A stretch of DNA of 64,000 nt from Tubiluchus corallicola. Lineage: Eukaryota > Animalia > Priapulida. Below the pieces are notes generated by a model. The model was not told the DNA's origin and ran no database searches. It saw only the letters and a list, made by a program, of their open reading frames with translations. Both the position numbers and the translations under genes were made by a program. Below are positions 27,746-40,480 of this stretch, piece after piece (positions within the stretch are counted from its first letter, which is position 1; every line of letters begins with the position of its first letter). Location of the stretch: the NCBI GenBank assembly GCA_030141605.1, contig JAQGDQ010000016.1, forward strand, positions 374,282-438,281, in the 5' to 3' direction.

Positions 27746-28493
27746 CAATGCATGTGCCAGTGATTCAAGCATACACACAATTTAATACATTAATATTTTT
27801 CTATAAACACATACTTCACATTAGCACACTTTTCTTTGTTAATAAAATTCTTCAATTAGCTACTGTGCACATAAATAATGGAATTAACAGTATACGCCGA
27901 ATTTACATTGGGAACGGGTATTAAAGTGAAAGTATTATAAAAAAATGAGTCATGCTTTGGGTATTGGAATGCACACTCACAAGATGAGAAACAATAGTAC
28001 ACGTAAAAATTCCAAAAAAGTTAAAGGAAGAGAATGATGCCTAATTTTGCAATGCCTTCTGGGCAATATGACTCTTTTACGCCAACTGGTAACACATATG
28101 TATTTCTATGTTTACAGCATACTGTATCAATAACTTAGTACTAATTAATATCAATTAATATCATTATGATTTTAATTTGTACATTGAACTCTTTGACTAA
28201 TAGAGGAAGCTTTGTGTTTGTAATTGTTTGTAGTTCGTGAAGTGAATTATGTTATTGTATTTTGAATTTCGTACTTGAATTTGAATTGAATTCTATAATT
28301 ATTGTTTGTGCTTTGAGTTTTATAACTGAAGGTGTACAGCATTTGCTTTTGTATCTGTAGTTTTAAAGCTAAATAATGTATTTTCCGCCCTATACATGTG
28401 ACTGGTATGCTGCCTGCTTAGCTGTATGTAGTACATGTAGGTTAACAAATTGTATTGAACTTGTAAACCAGTTATTGGTAAATAAGTATTTTT

Positions 28494-29031
28494 CTAGTCT
28501 AGTCTAGTCTAGTCTAGTCTAGTCTAGTCTAGTCTATAGTCTAGTCTAGTCTAGTCTAGTCTAGTCAACCCAACCCAACTAACCCAACCAACCCAACCCA
28601 ACCCATCCCATCCTAACCCAACCCAAACCATTCAATTCCATTCCAACCAATCCAATCCAATCCAGTCCAGTCCAGTCCAGTCCAGTCCAGTCCAGTCCAG
28701 TCCAGTCCAGTCCAGTCCAGTCCAGTCCAGTCCAGTCCAGTCCAGTCCAGTCCAGTCCAGTCCAGTCCAGTCCAATCCAATCCAATCCAATCCAATCCAA
28801 TCCAATCTAATCTAATCTAACCAGTCCTGATCTAACCTAACCTAACCTAACCTAACCTAACCTAACCTAACCTAACCTAACCTAACCTAACCTAACCTAA
28901 CCTAACCTAACCTAACCTAACCTAACCTAACCTAACCTAACCTAACCTAACCTAACCTAACCTAACCTAACCTAACCTAACCTAACCTAACCTAACCTAA
29001 CCTAACCTAACCTAACCTAATCTAATCCAAT
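28494..29031. repeat. Compound pentanucleotide array CTAGT>CCAAC>CCATT/CCAAT>CCAGT>CCAAT>CTAAT>CCTAA, including 37 perfect CCTAA (=TTAGG) units at 28836-29020
   Basis: Directly visible. Confidence 0.97.
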
Positions 29032-30090
29032 CACGTTTGTTTTTGTTATTACCAAAACTAGATTGAATGTGATGGAAATGTAAAAAACCACGTCATTTCA
29101 AAACAAAATTTGTTCTCTTATTCATAGCTGTTATGAAGTGCAATTGCCGAGAGAATCACAACGTTTTAAGCCGGTTTTAATTTATTAATTTTATTCTTTC
29201 TTAATTTATTTGCACATTTTAAGTAACTTATGACAAAAATGTATTTTCCGTGTAGCCATAAACTGATAAATTGTCCATTTGTTTAGCATTATTGTTAGAT
29301 CGCGATGATGATGACCATGATGATGAAAAACAAACACAGTTACTAGGCACATCAACCTTGCCCACCTTTGCTTAAAGCCACGGCTATGTATGCGCTATGG
29401 GTGGTCTTGTTTTATAGCACAGTCTGTTCCAGAAAAGCTTTTACAAATATACGTGAAATTAATTAATAAGTAGGATGTAAAGTAATAATAAACTAATTAA
29501 AAAACCATCGTGTAATAGGTATGACGATGAAAATTTTCATGACAGTAACTGTGAGCTAATATGCCATTAAGTAATAAACCACGACATGACAATTTTTGTA
29601 TCTCGCGGATCCTTCATGGGACTGTTATATCCGCACAGTTATGAGGTACTCGTACGTGATTCTGTTAAGAAGTTTAAAAAGCAATTTTCCAGTAACATGG
29701 CTTGCCTTAAAATGAGTTAATGCGTCGTATCTGTAACATACGTGGCAATTTAAATGAAATATTCCGCTTGGCTGTAAAATATTTATCACTCTTGTCAGGC
29801 AGTCACGCTACAGAAGAGCCTGGAAAATTACAGACAGATAGTCTGCATAATTTTCTTTAAATGTTACGAGTTAAAATATGTAAAAGACACTGTAACACAG
29901 TGTCGTTTAGCTGCATAATGATTACAAACAAGCAAGTTTTTAAAATGAAAACCAAAAAACTCGAGTGCTTGTGCTAAAGGCACTAAGTTCTGGGTTTAAA
30001 CTCTAGTTGACTCCCAATTTTTCAGTACCTGCTTTCCTGCTTTTTTAGTTAATTAGCTCTTCGGCTAAATGCCGTAAACATATCTCTCTC

Positions 30091-30092
<2 letters not shown>

Positions 30093-30156
<64 letters not shown>

Positions 30157-30192
30157 TGGGTGGATGGGTGTGTGGGTGTGCGTACGTGTGTG
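30093..30192. repeat. (TG)n microsatellite
   Basis: Directly visible. Confidence 0.95.
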
Positions 30193-32710
30193 TAGCATCA
30201 CTAGACTACTGACACACGCGATGAGTGTCATTAAATTAACAGAAAATAGCAAGTGATATGCAAGACTGTTGAAGATGCAAAGTAGGAGCAGAACAATTTT
30301 TTTGCTCTTACAAATGTTTTTAATTAACTGCATAGTGAAAATTATGGTTGTCAAGCCCGTGGTGCAGGCTGACATTTAAACGATATTTTAATTTATTTAA
30401 ACGATATAAAAGGCTAACAGCAACGACTTTTGTTTTATCAATAGTGCTTATTTGACAGTCTACATATTACTATATTGAAAATGCCTTGCTTGTCTTACCT
30501 GTTTTACTGGCAGTACTACATTGTAAATTATCAATTATTATGCATGTGGGAGATCAGTGGGTGCGCGCGGGCACAGATTTACAGACAAATCAACAAAACA
30601 ACTTGTTATTTCATCTTCACTGACTTGGCTGCAAATTCTACTGCGCTGTTTAACGTAATAGATGAATAGACCCTGAGATGCCTCTTTTTAAGGTGTTTAC
30701 GAGATCTTCACAGTCAGTTTTCTTGCCGTCATTCTCAATAAGGCATGCTCCTGTTCTTAACTACTTTTTGTACCTGAACAATGAAAGAAAATATCATTAA
30801 TAATAACAATTAATTTATAAAAGCAGGATAGACTAAAAACAAGTTGATTCTATGAGTAACAATGTCGCTAAAGTTGTAACCATTAGCTTGAAAAGAAGAA
30901 AAAAATCGTAGAGATTCTGCCGCGAAGTAAGTATCTGTGTTCATCTTCTAGGAATTTCAGACAATTTTCGCAATTAGTGACTTTTACGTGCAGTCAACTA
31001 ACACTATGCCATTGCCTGCCTTGATACGACAAATAAGCGACTGCAAATAAAGCTCTATTTTTTTAGAAAAATCTCTCAGCTACATTTTCATAAGAAATGC
31101 GAGTTTACTAAATACTGTTATAATAATATTTATATATTACTCATATTTGCCATAAAATAATGATTATAAACCTTGTACAGTGTATTATGTCATTCGTATC
31201 AATCATAGTAAAGACTTACACAGCTAGTTCGATCGTGTTTGTCGGAAATTCATTTCCGAAGTAAGCAAATTACTTTTCGCTCTGAAAATAATTGTACGAA
31301 GTACTTAAAGAAAGAGTACATAATTACTTTTGTAGTTCTATTGTGCAAGTATGTATATAGGAAACCTGTCTTATCGCATCTATAACAGTGTAATTGTTTA
31401 ATAGGCCTGGTATAAAGTCCAAGGCAGGAAATAACTCGTTGGGAAAAATCTGACGGCCGTGATAGTTGACGGAGCTTGGTTTTTCGCCACGTTAAGAGGC
31501 AAAGCTATCTCTTAACTTAATATGTACTAACTGCAGTTAAAGGGAAATTAGTTTTTCCCCTAGTATAGAAGCCGGATAAATAAACGCACTGAGTGTGTCG
31601 GTAGTAAAGAATCCCATGATGATATATTGAATTGTTAATTTCGTGACGTTGACTAACACTATTTTGATTTATTTACAGGTTATGTTGTGAAGTTATTACA
31701 TTGTTATGTTATGTGGTTATATCTGAAATGGTACTGTAAATAAGTACATCATGACGTTTTAACTGATTTGTTTATTGCGGGTGACACGGGAATCGACATC
31801 AAACACTAATAAAATACCTTTCGAGAACAGAATATAGATAAAATATTTAATTTGACACATCGAGTCTCCCACCTTTTCTGAGCCAAACATGAAATAAACG
31901 AGATCTAGGAACCAAAATATATTCCCCGTTCTCGACCTGGTGTTGATGGACTCGTAAAGTGCTCTGGTTTTCACATATTATTACATCTGGGAGAAAAGTC
32001 TTTTTATGGTCAGATTCTTTTGGTGTTGTAAAACACTGCATGTATTTCGTCACGAGGCACATGATATAATGACATTCGACCCAGGAGTAAAGAACTGGCT
32101 TTTTTCCGAACAATTGATTCACGATCGCAAATCAATTAGCAATCACTATTTTTTTAAATTATTTGTTTTTAAAAAAGCTATGTATACTATACATCATTCT
32201 CTCTATTTGTAGGGATAGGTTTAAAATTTCTAAAAGCATTCACAATGTATTAAACATATTCTCACAAATATAATTTAGAATCTAACATAATGAAAGACAA
32301 CGATCATCTACAACAGACATAGTTACAGATTATAATCCATCGCAACATACATACATAGTAATCACTAAAATTTGTTGAATTTTTTTATTCTTTCTTTTTC
32401 GCTCTCTCTCTCTCCCTCTCTCTATCTCTCTCTCTTCTGCCTCGCTCTCTAATTAAGTTAGTTTTTGTATTTACAACTTCTTTACTGAGTAACATTGTTA
32501 GTTGCACTGACAATGTGTAATTAAAAATTATGATCCCTTGATTCATCAGCTGTATGAATGAAAGACCAAACAAATTCACGAATGAAAAATAATATAATAA
32601 CGAAGAAATACATAATGAACAAATGAATAAGGAAATACAGGCTATAATGTTGTAAGCCTATACTTAGCTCCAATTTAATAGTGTGCAAGCAGGCTTTACC
32701 TCATGATGTA

Positions 32711-32724
32711 TTGTTTCTTTTCAG
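32711..32724 (+). promoter_or_regulatory. Splice acceptor of a 5' UTR intron of the second GPCR
   Basis: ttgtttcttttcag|G about 200 nt upstream of the ATG at 32924. Confidence 0.6.
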
Positions 32725-32923
32725 GGCCTAGTTGAAAGGTGCAACAAACACGAATGTGGTCAAAATCGCGCTAAAGGAATTATTGCTAAACGACATAGCC
32801 TTATACGATGGTACTTAAATAAATAAAGTTTCGACGTTGTTTAACAGTATTCATTCAGCCGCTTGATTGGGATAGTTTGTGTCATTCGGTTAAGGTGTCT
32901 TTGGGCCTATCATTTTTTCAAAG

Positions 32924-34138
32924 ATGTCCTACGCAGATGGAAATTTTACCAGTAATGGTTCACGAAGCGTGGCGATGCCACCTGGGCAACCATACGAACA
33001 ATCACTACGTATAAGTTTTCTTGTCATTATCTTCATCTTTTCGTTGCTAGGTAACAGCACTGTTTGCGTATGGATGTGGCGCAACAAACAATTCAGGAAC
33101 CGGCGCGTGAATCAGTTCATCGTCCACTTGACCGCAGCGGACATGTTGGTCACATGGTTTACCATGTTGTCCCAAATCGTGTTTGAATCCATTGGTATGG
33201 TATGGTTGCTCGACGACGCTTCCTGTCGGCTGTTCAAATTCGCTCAGAATTTTTCCATTGTGTCTTCTACATACATAGTAACGTGCATAGCGATTGATAG
33301 AGGTTTCGCCATTTTGCGCCCGCTGACGAGAGCACCGTCAGCCAATAAGCTGCTGTGCGGTGGTTGGCTTCTCTCGCTGGTGCCGTCTATGCCAAGTATC
33401 TTCTTGTTTCAGAAGCGTACTAAGGATAACATGGTCTTTTATTGCTCAACAGAGTTTTCCCGTCCTTTACACCGCCAGTTATACATGCTTTTCATATGGC
33501 TGACCGTATTTCTTATCCCGTTTCTGATAGTTGCCCTTTCTTACATTATGATTGTCGTATCTATCTGGAGAAAAGCGCAAGAAACATCCAGCGAGGTCAG
33601 CAACTACCAAAGTGCAAAAGCGTCAATGAACCGCTCAGTACGATCGTCGTCTGTCGTAAATTCTACGTTAGTGCAAGCCAAGATCAAGACGCTCAAAATG
33701 ACTGTTGTTATAGTATTAATATTTTTGGCCTGCAACCTACCCTACTTTGTGTTAGAAATGATCATAGCCTTCAGAAATCCTGTATTCTTAGATATGACGT
33801 TTGTTGCAATATGTGGCATAATCTCGGCAGCTAACAGCGCCGCCAATCCGTATATATTTCTCATGTTTAATTCTCGTAACCCTCGTGTACAGTCGCTCAT
33901 TAACGGCATTTGCCTCTGCTGCCTAAACGTTAGCAACAGCAATGGCAGTGGTGGCAACAGCAGCGGCAGCGACAGTCCACGCGTGAAGCCAGCCGCAAGT
34001 GATTCGTCCAGCAGTTTTTCCAGCCATTCGTGTATGTGTAGACAGTTTAGACAAAAGGGCACTGTGTTCCTAGCCATGGACAGGAGAAATTTGGAGAGAG
34101 CGATGGCACGAAATTCAAGGTGTAGAAGCGAAGTCTAA
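32924..34138 (+). CDS. Class A neuropeptide GPCR of the vasopressin/GnRH-AKH/CCAP-NPS/achatin receptor supergroup, intronless CDS, 404 aa
   Basis: Seven hydrophobic helices; N-terminal sequons NFT and NGS; TM1 GN; TM2 HL.AAD; ECL1 W; TM3 CRLFKFAQ (Lys/Gln typical of this supergroup); DRG; AKIKTLKMT before TM6; PYF; NSAANPYIF; Cys cluster after helix 8. Confidence 0.95.
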   Translation: MSYADGNFTSNGSRSVAMPPGQPYEQSLRISFLVIIFIFSLLGNSTVCVWMWRNKQFRNRRVNQFIVHLTAADMLVTWFTMLSQIVFESIGMVWLLDDASCRLFKFAQNFSIVSSTYIVTCIAIDRGFAILRPLTRAPSANKLLCGGWLLSLVPSMPSIFLFQKRTKDNMVFYCSTEFSRPLHRQLYMLFIWLTVFLIPFLIVALSYIMIVVSIWRKAQETSSEVSNYQSAKASMNRSVRSSSVVNSTLVQAKIKTLKMTVVIVLIFLACNLPYFVLEMIIAFRNPVFLDMTFVAICGIISAANSAANPYIFLMFNSRNPRVQSLINGICLCCLNVSNSNGSGGNSSGSDSPRVKPAASDSSSSFSSHSCMCRQFRQKGTVFLAMDRRNLERAMARNSRCRSEV

Positions 34139-35046
34139 GCTACGTGCTTCCTTTTTTAAATTTGCAGATCTGCAAAAACAGTAAAAAACGGTTAAATCAC
34201 TTATTTTTCGTCTTTTTGTAAGTGATTTTATATGTGCACCATGTAGATCAGGTTTTCAACCTTCATTGTCCCATGTACACTTTACGTTATATGTCTGCAT
34301 GTGATCCCTCCAGCTTTTTTTCTGAGGTTGCTGCCTTTTAGTATATTGTCTTGTGCACAGTGGACACTTTTTGCTAATGTGTCAGAATGTCGCTCCTTCT
34401 TTCCAAGATTTGTCTGCTTGTCTGAGTCTGCACATTTCTGATTTACTTGAATTTATTTTTATAGTGGATTTTAACAAAGTGCATATCAATAGAAAATGTT
34501 GATTGACTTTAAAACTCGAGTAGCAGCAATTCTTGAATTAACGGGCACGACATTTAGTAGTGCGATGTACTATTTGTAGAGCAGTAGGGCAATATTTGTT
34601 GAAGACAAATATTTTAACAGTTTTGAGTCTGCCAGTTTGTTCAAAGCTTGCAGGCCTAATTGATGGTTACAATTTTACTTAAGCATTAATTTGGTTAAAT
34701 TTAAGTATATCTCTATTGGAAAATAACGTGTTGATTTGTAAGTGTGCTTTGTAACGTGTACTTTCCGAAAGGAAAATTTTGCGTATTAGAGTTTACTAGT
34801 TGATTTAATATATGTAATAAGTTAAACTGCATAAACTGTGACAATTTTATGATTGATTTTTGTCTACAATTGCATGCTGAACTCTTATAGGGATGTAGAT
34901 AGGAAAGCCTTTTATACACATGCAGTTAGCATCCCTCCGCAAAATTTTCTTGAAGTTAGTGATACTCTGTTAACAAAAGAACTATTATCAAGAAAGCTTA
35001 TAGATTGTTAGCGTAAATATAAATTACCACAAAAATCAAATGCGGC

Positions 35047-35064
35047 AATAAAAGGTGCAATAAA
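35047..35064 (+). terminator. Tandem AATAAA, candidate polyadenylation signals of the second GPCR
   Basis: GCAATAAAAGG occurs twice at 12-bp spacing, about 0.9 kb after the stop. Confidence 0.45.
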
Positions 35065-35621
35065 AGGAAACCAAATTTGAAAAAAATCAAAGAGCGTAGT
35101 ATTAATTAGCAACTAATTTACGTAAAATTATCTGCTCCTTTTACTCTGATCAGTGAAGAATTAAAATAAAAATAGTAAAAATTTGAGAGGTTAATATTAA
35201 AAAGCTTTACTGTTATTTTATGTAATTTTTTCTGCCCTCCTGTTTTGTTCAGTAATCACGATGATTTTTGTTTTAATGCAAATTGACGTAAAATTATTCT
35301 GCCTACCCAACTTTACCGAATTCACCATTACAATGTCTTCTGATGCAACTGCTGTCAATTTCAATTACAGTTTTGTAGTGTAATGAGCGAACAGTGGGCT
35401 TTTGATGACTCACGTCAAAACAACATTAAGAAGAAATTTTGATGATGAAGCAGGTAAGAATGCAAAGCCATCTGTGACTAAGCCTAACGCAGTTTACACA
35501 CAACAACGAAAATTTCTTGTGATATCGACGGTTTAAATCATCTGGGTAGATAATAGGCAATTTCGATGATAATAGAAGAAGCATGTACCCAATATCAGAC
35601 TTCAAGATATTTTAACATTGC

Positions 35622-35750
35622 TTAAAGGAAAAGTCAAGCTTTCTGAGAAGTTAGGCTTATTTTAATGGTCGCGAAAAACGTTAGAAAGATTTAACCATCA
35701 AAGTGCCCCACTTGTAATTAATAATATTACTTAAAAGTCGTGATTATTTC
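35622..35750 (+). repeat. Dispersed repeat, with an inverted copy at about 50880-51010; possibly the end of a TTAA-targeting DNA transposon
   Basis: aggaaaagtcaagctttctgagaagttaggcttatttt...gaaagattt...aagtcgtgat versus the reverse complement aggaaaaaacaagccttctgagaagttaggtttgtttc...gaaagattt...aagtcgtgat. This copy starts TTAA|AGG. Confidence 0.65.
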
Positions 35751-38683
35751 ACGCTTGGGCAACCCCATTTTGACCGCTTTTTTCGCCAATGAAATCATTT
35801 GTCGACTGAAGAAAAGCAGCGCTCTATCAATTTGAGCCTAGGATATATTATGGAAACTCATATATATAATATTATACATAAAGTATACATTAATATGATT
35901 AGCATACATAGTTTTACATAAACAGATATATAAATTATAGAAACTGCCGTACAGAGCTCACACTCATTTTGCCCAATATTGCTGGTACCGTTCAGCAGAG
36001 TAAGGACTTTGCAAAACGGTTTCTTAAATTCTATATAGCATGTAAAAATAGTAGTAACTCGATAATTTTAATTTATATATATATATATATATAAAACTTT
36101 ATAGCTAAACATACGTTACATGACGTAAACTCAGTAATGGGTTTCAACTTGCATCAAATTGTTATGGAAAATAATGTTATCCTAGAAGATGTGTTCGAAA
36201 TGTGTGTTCGAAAATAAATGATGTTAATAATAAGTTTTTACAGGAAATGTGATTTTTGTGATATTTCTGCGTGTACATTAGGAAAGTTGCAGGTTGCAGC
36301 AGTCTGAATTAGTTTCAAATGACGCGCGGCTACGAAAAGCCACTGTGCGCTTTCGAAAAGCACGAAGTCAGCCAATTACGTCATAATATTAAAGCGAATG
36401 GGGTCTACCACAGCGTCTTAAAATTTCTAAAGATCAGTATGAATTAACTTTATATTTAATTGACAGTTTTTTGCAAATTTCTTTGTTGTGTTTTTAGTTT
36501 AAGTGATAGCATTAAAATAAACCCAGTATGCCAAATGGCGCGCCCTTTTAAACGTGTACCGAAAGCGTAAGATAGAGAAGCTCGAACTTGAGCTAAGATA
36601 AATTTATGGAATTGATGAGATGTAAACGTGCCACTCCTGAATTTTTACAAGGGTAGCTTGATCTGTAGTCAAATATGATATCTGAATTGTCATGGATTCT
36701 AGGGCCCTGGAAAGCGTATGTTGCAATGAGAGGTCAAGCGATACCAAACCATGTAAAGTCCTGCAAGCATTTTGGTATTCATTACAATCTTTCGGAAATT
36801 ACATCGGGATTTGCATGTTTTTAACTGCAGTTCTTACTAGATAACTAGAGTTCTTACTAAAGTGCTAAATAACACATTCTGTATTTGTCTTTTTTACAGG
36901 AATTAACTATGATTTTTGAATAGATTACAACAAAAATTAATCCCGCAGAAAGACTGAAATAAAGAAGATGAAGAAAGACACGTGAAATAACTTCAGATAG
37001 GTTTAATAAAAATTCTGTCCGCCAGTGTCCTACAACAGGGATTTTTCAGAATAAAAGTAAATACTAATACTCTACGCGTGGAAGTTCCCTCAAAGCACAA
37101 CCCTTACCCTTTTAGTTACAAGATTGGGCAGTGCAGCTAAGTGTAATAATAATAATAATCTTCCCGATGAATCAATAAACTGCTTCGCTGCTTAAAACTC
37201 TTTTGTTAATTCTAGAAATATAAGCCTCTGATTCATCGTTTAGTCGATCAGCTCTTTTGTGATGACTTATACACTTGGCTTAAAATGTTTTAAATATCAC
37301 CCACCACCCTTCTTGCAATATGAAGCTCAGTTGAGGTGACCAGATCAGGTGCGTTGGTTCCACTGCACAGTATGAGATTGTATGGCTATTTCGTTACATG
37401 GCAATAGTTTAATTTCATTATTCATTATATAGTCTAACTTCTGCTCACAATTTTTTAGATTATGTGGGACAGTTAGGCGCCACCTGCCACCAGTTTGACA
37501 GGCCGCATCACCCTCTGGTAGCAAGGATATCAATTTTGAGACTATGTACAATAAGCGACTGTATGTAGTTCTGAGGTTGTAAACGGGTGTACTGGTTTGT
37601 CAGTAGTTTCAATGGAGGTACTTGCTTTGTCCATCCGACAGACAAGATCACTGTGCGTCGAGTTGGTGCAGTGTTATATAATTATGAAGGCGTTACATTG
37701 GTAAAATAACTATCATACGTCACGATGTAGCTATTCTATTTTTCAGCTCTTTTTGGGGGTTGTGACCCGTCTAGTTTCCTGGTTCAATTATGCAATCGTC
37801 GCTAATTTATCGTGTGGTTAATTGCACAACATTACGAGACCATTGTTACCGAAACTCAAAATACAAGCTAACAATGATATAGCTGCGTTGAATTGCAGAC
37901 AATTGGCGGAATCACGCGGGTGTGAGTGTGTCACGGATGCTATTAAACGAAAGTGGTGTGCTGAATGTGGGCTGTGATAAACAGAACACGGTAAGGCAAA
38001 GTTTATTTAATTAGTGCTAATTATCTAATTTTAATAACAAAGAACATCTTCTTTTCTTTAATGAGATTAGCGTTACAACGCCTGCATTTATTATACGCTA
38101 ATTCCAGCAAACTGCAACTAATTTCACATAAATTATTAATCAGAGCGGCATAATTAGTTTGCACGATAAGCTTGTTAAACGCGCAGGCACTGAAGTAAAA
38201 TTAGTTCTTCTATTCGTAAGCACCTGCTTTGTTGGCTTCTTAAATGCTCGTTTGTTCGTCTGCTCATTTGTTTTGTAGTTTATTCGTTCATTTGTTTATT
38301 CCTTTATTCGCATTTCGTTTTTGCTCCACACTCTCATTCATAAATACTTACTTAAAACACTGTCAGCGATTGCACATTTGAGTACCCAAATAAATAAAGT
38401 AAAATTGTTGTAATGTTTTATTTATTAGACAATTGCTGGCAAAAACAGAAAAGCAAATACGAGTGGTAATGCTGTTGCCACATTTCCACATTTCCATCAC
38501 ATATGAAGTACCACTAAATCACTTACTTAAAATTTGTTCTTGACCCCATGCTTGATAGCTCTCCAGCTAACCACATTTAACTGCCCTTAGAAGAATTTTC
38601 CAAAGGCCACTTGCTAAATTGCTGTAGGTATAGCAAGAGCAATAAACGTTTCCTTTTGCGCTGATTGTGATGAGATGTCCTAA

Positions 38684-39140
38684 AGGCCGTTCACACGGTA
38701 ATTCAAAATATTGCCATTCTCGAGTTTGTCATTGTTGAAGGACCACGTGGACGGCTAGAATGACAGTGAAATTTGAATATCTTTTAAATTTAACGATACA
38801 TCAAGCAGGTCTTGATTTTCGTCAGTATCGGTCGTCATCCTCCTCATATTGTTCACTAAAAACGTCACAAAAAATAATGACTTATTAATAAGAACAACTG
38901 TAAAAAATATGTTTTGTAACTACATGAGTTCTTTTTCTTTAATTTTGCTTTTCCTTTGCAGCACATGCTAAAACAAAGCTCGTTTTCGTACAAGCCGTTT
39001 TGGCACTATTTGAGAAATGAAGAGAAATTGGAGAACACCACAAACAGCTATGTGCAAAGGAACTGCCAGTGAAAACTGAAAGTGTAGACATGGTTTAGTG
39101 TTTTGAATGTCATTCTTTTGAAGGACGGTGTAGACTATGT
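38684..39140. mobile_element. Old, degenerate MITE (possibly Harbinger-like)
   Basis: Left end acacggtaattcaaaatattgccattc versus reverse complement of right end acaccgtccttcaaaagaatgacattc; flanked by TAA and TTA. Confidence 0.4.
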
Positions 39141-39957
39141 ATTATTGTTCAGGGTTGAATAAGAACATCTGCGAGTATGTAAACATTTAAACATCTAAAA
39201 CACGCACTTATGTTTACTATGTGGCGAATATTATGCATGTGAATTTTATTTTGATTTTTTTCAGGATTTAGGACATTTAGTACCGAAATCTTTAAGTTTA
39301 AATGTTTGGATTGGAAAAGCTGGTTTGATAAAGGAATCTTATCATCTTGTAATACGGGTTAACAAAGTTTTCACCTAATGTAATAAAAAACCACAACTAC
39401 CTCAAACAACAACACGAAATTATAGCTAAATAATAAACAACTCTAATCTACTAATTAGAGTTATAACATGGCAGATATAACATGAAAAGAACAGGCTTAT
39501 CTCTAGTTAGTACACTCGTTGATCTAACCGTCCTTAATCTGTGTATCCTGTTCCCGTTGTTACTCCACACCTATAGCTTCCCACAAAAGATAAGAGTAAA
39601 TGTTCAACAGTCCACTAGACAGGATGTTCCACCAGAAGCTATACAAAACAACTGCATTTCAATAAATTCACTAACAACTACCCACCAAGATGGCTACCAG
39701 TACACTATTACCCATCTATATCGCATCATGCGCCACACTACCATATCAACACGAATTACAATAACAAGTTAGATGCTTACAAAGGCAAACGAATGTTCTC
39801 AATATGAAGCGAGATTTTAGGCTTTTTGAAAAATGGTATAGCCACAGACTTTCTTATTTATGCTATTTAGCCCCAATTTTAATTACCCATAATTCTGCAA
39901 CCTCGTAAAAAGAAAAAACGAAAATTGGAAAAAAGAGTACCGAAAACATGGAGAAGA

Positions 39958-40092
39958 AGGAAAGAAAGAGAGAGAGGGAGATGAGAGAGAGAGATGAGAG
40001 AGAGAGAGAGAGGCGAGAGAGAGATGAGAGAGAGAGAGAGAAAAAAAGAGAAAAAGAGAAAAAGAGAAAGACAGAGGTGAGAGAGAGAGAGA
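39958..40092. repeat. (GA)n purine-rich microsatellite
   Basis: Directly visible. Similar tracts lie at about 32400-32450 (CT) and 44995-45080. Confidence 0.9.
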
Positions 40093-40207
40093 CATATATT
40101 AAAAATGACTGATGTGTAAATCGTAATTTCTTGGTACGATTTAATATGAATAAAGCTAATCGAATTTTCTGGACTAGAGCTCGGCTTTCTGCCTTCGGTA
40201 ATCACCT

Positions 40208-40480
40208 ACTTCGCCAGGGTTACACATCGCTCTAGTCTATCGTTTCTCCAAACTGTCATTTCGCTAGTCTAACGCTTCGCCAGTCTACCTTTTCGCCAGT
40301 GTATCATTTCGTCAGTGTGCCATTTCGTCAGTGTATCATTTCGCCAGTGTGTCATTTCGCCAGTTGTAAATAGAAATAGTCCAGTAAATTTCTAAATAGG
40401 AGTGCACTTCGCCAGTGCATCTTTTCGTCAGTGTATCAATTCGCTAGTGTGTCATTTCGTCAGTCTATCTTTTCACCGGT
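40208..40480. repeat. 16-bp minisatellite (TTTCGYCAGTGTRTCA) in two blocks, followed by GGTTAGGGTT
   Basis: Head-to-tail units are visible at about 40210-40365 and 40405-40480. Confidence 0.85.

Noticed and set aside
40208-40480. Regularly repeated 16-mer as a possible CRISPR array
   Set aside because: Units are head-to-tail without unique spacers, there are no cas genes, and the context is eukaryotic.
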